A stretch of 64,000 nt of DNA. It comes from Chiloscyllium plagiosum. Its lineage: Eukaryota. Below the pieces are notes generated by a model, which saw nothing but the letters and a program-made list of their open reading frames with translations, had not been told where the DNA came from and ran no database searches. The DNA lies in NCBI RefSeq assembly GCF_004010195.1, contig NC_057718.1:41263208-41327207 (forward strand), written 5' to 3'. The translations under genes and the position numbers were made by a program. Below are positions 62,541 to 64,000 of this stretch, one piece after another. The first letter of the stretch is position 1. Every line of letters begins with the position of its first letter.

Positions 62541-64000
62541 TGTGTTATTTTCCTGAAGACGCTGGTTTGAAGTTCCCCATTGGCTGTTCGCTCTATTTGA
62601 CATTTAGGAATGGCAGTTTGTTGTTGTTTTCCTCCTCTTTATTGTACTTATATACTTATATAGTTAAGAATGCTGCAATTTGAAACATTTTCCATTGCTG
62701 GCACTGTGAGGATAGCACTCTTGGGTACAGCATGATTAAATATAAAACTCCCACTGCAATGACCCAACAGTGTACCTCAACCTCAGATTAGCAATGCATT
62801 CCCTCATGATTGTTGTATGTTGACAATTCCCACACCAGTCTGTGTAAGAATGGCAGCTCAGTGGAAATATTGCTAAGTCTTTTTTTCCTGTGGGCCCATG
62901 CCCACTCAAGACTGGATTCAAATGATTCAAGCTTATTTGATGCAGCCATTTTGGGAGGTTTCCTTAAAAGAAAGGTTGCAGTTACTTTGACAAGTGTTCT
63001 TCATTAATGGATGGCACCAAGGCCAAATATCAAATTATATCACAGTTTAATTTAGGAGAACATGGTTCTGAAATGGATATTTCTATCATTTGCCCGTGCA
63101 CCAGTCTTCTCAAAGATACACCAAGAGTCAAGGCCAGGTGGAAATCGATAAGTAGTTTCATTTCAGATCACGTAAACAAACAGAAAAACAATTAAGTTTG
63201 GACCCACATAACTTGCATTTATTAATGTCTCTGCTGGATGCTGTATTTGGTCATGAGCACCACTGTAAGACACTTTCTGCTGCCGTGGCGATAGCTGGGC
63301 TCAGCCATTCTCACCCGAGAGTCTACAACTCTCGGCAAAAGGTGCCACTCTGACTTTCTGATTACCCAATCCTTTTAGATAACCATTTATTTTAAACAAA
63401 GGAAAGCACACAATTCTTAATTTTATAATGATATTGTATAATCAACAGGTTTGAATTTGGCAAACCCAATTGGAAATTGGAGCAGAGACTAACTCCAGAA
63501 GCTGCCTGTGGGGAAGTAAGCTGCTTGACAGACATCCAAATTCCACCAATTAGGTAAGAATCATTGCAACCTCCGAATGCCTTGCAAGACACAGTCCAGA
63601 TGGAGAGAGCTGATCTTTATTGAACTGCTTAATGGACCAGATATTAACAAAACTGGTATAACTATCACATGCAGTAGCAAAGGCAATAGCATAATTAGTG
63701 AAGAAATCATTCAGATACCATCAAATTCTTGATCAGATTGGCTGATCGAGCAAAGAAGGCAGAGTCTTCAAAGTCGAACAAGACTATGTTCATATGGAAT
63801 GTCCAAAGGGTCTGATCAGCATTTCTGATGCAGGCTTGTTCAAAATTGCATCTTTTATACAGCGTTGATTTATGTTCAAATCAATGGGAAGCATTTGTGC
63901 AAACTCAGAGAATTTCTTTCTCTCCTTAGGTTGGTTAAATTATGGGCCCTTTTTATTCAGTCATTAAAGATTAAATAGAATTTGGCCAAGCCCTGAACAA

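Noticed and set aside
63315-63335. Hairpin CCGAGAGT-CTACA-ACTCTCGG
   Set aside because: A single 8-bp stem is expected by chance in 64 kb; no supporting context.

Overview
Eukaryotic, repeat-rich vertebrate DNA. The HE1/V-SINEs, CR1 LINEs and abundant Penelope-like elements (PLEs) point to a cartilaginous fish, probably a shark (inference). The only host coding sequence I recognise is three consecutive minus-strand exons of WDTC1 (55227-55045, 53662-53568, 52292-52177), with intact GT-AG sites and compatible phases. No other WDTC1 exon was found in the window. Main observation: these exons and their introns lie inside a 5.3-kb unit (51300-56627). The unit is bounded by inverted, hammerhead-ribozyme-bearing Penelope termini and a 14-bp target-site duplication (TSD), and it splits a solo LTR (TGT...ACA, TATG TSD, 50855-56835). 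This looks like PLE-associated capture of an unspliced gene fragment, unless it is an assembly chimera. The rest comprises many PLE copies and mini fold-back PLE derivatives with minimal hammerhead cores and long TSDs, a ~528-bp spacer-less palindrome, a 30-bp minisatellite, CR1/L2 fragments, SINEs, a TA-flanked MITE, a long-TIR relic and one 425-N gap. All calls are by eye, and repeat boundaries are approximate unless fixed by a TSD.
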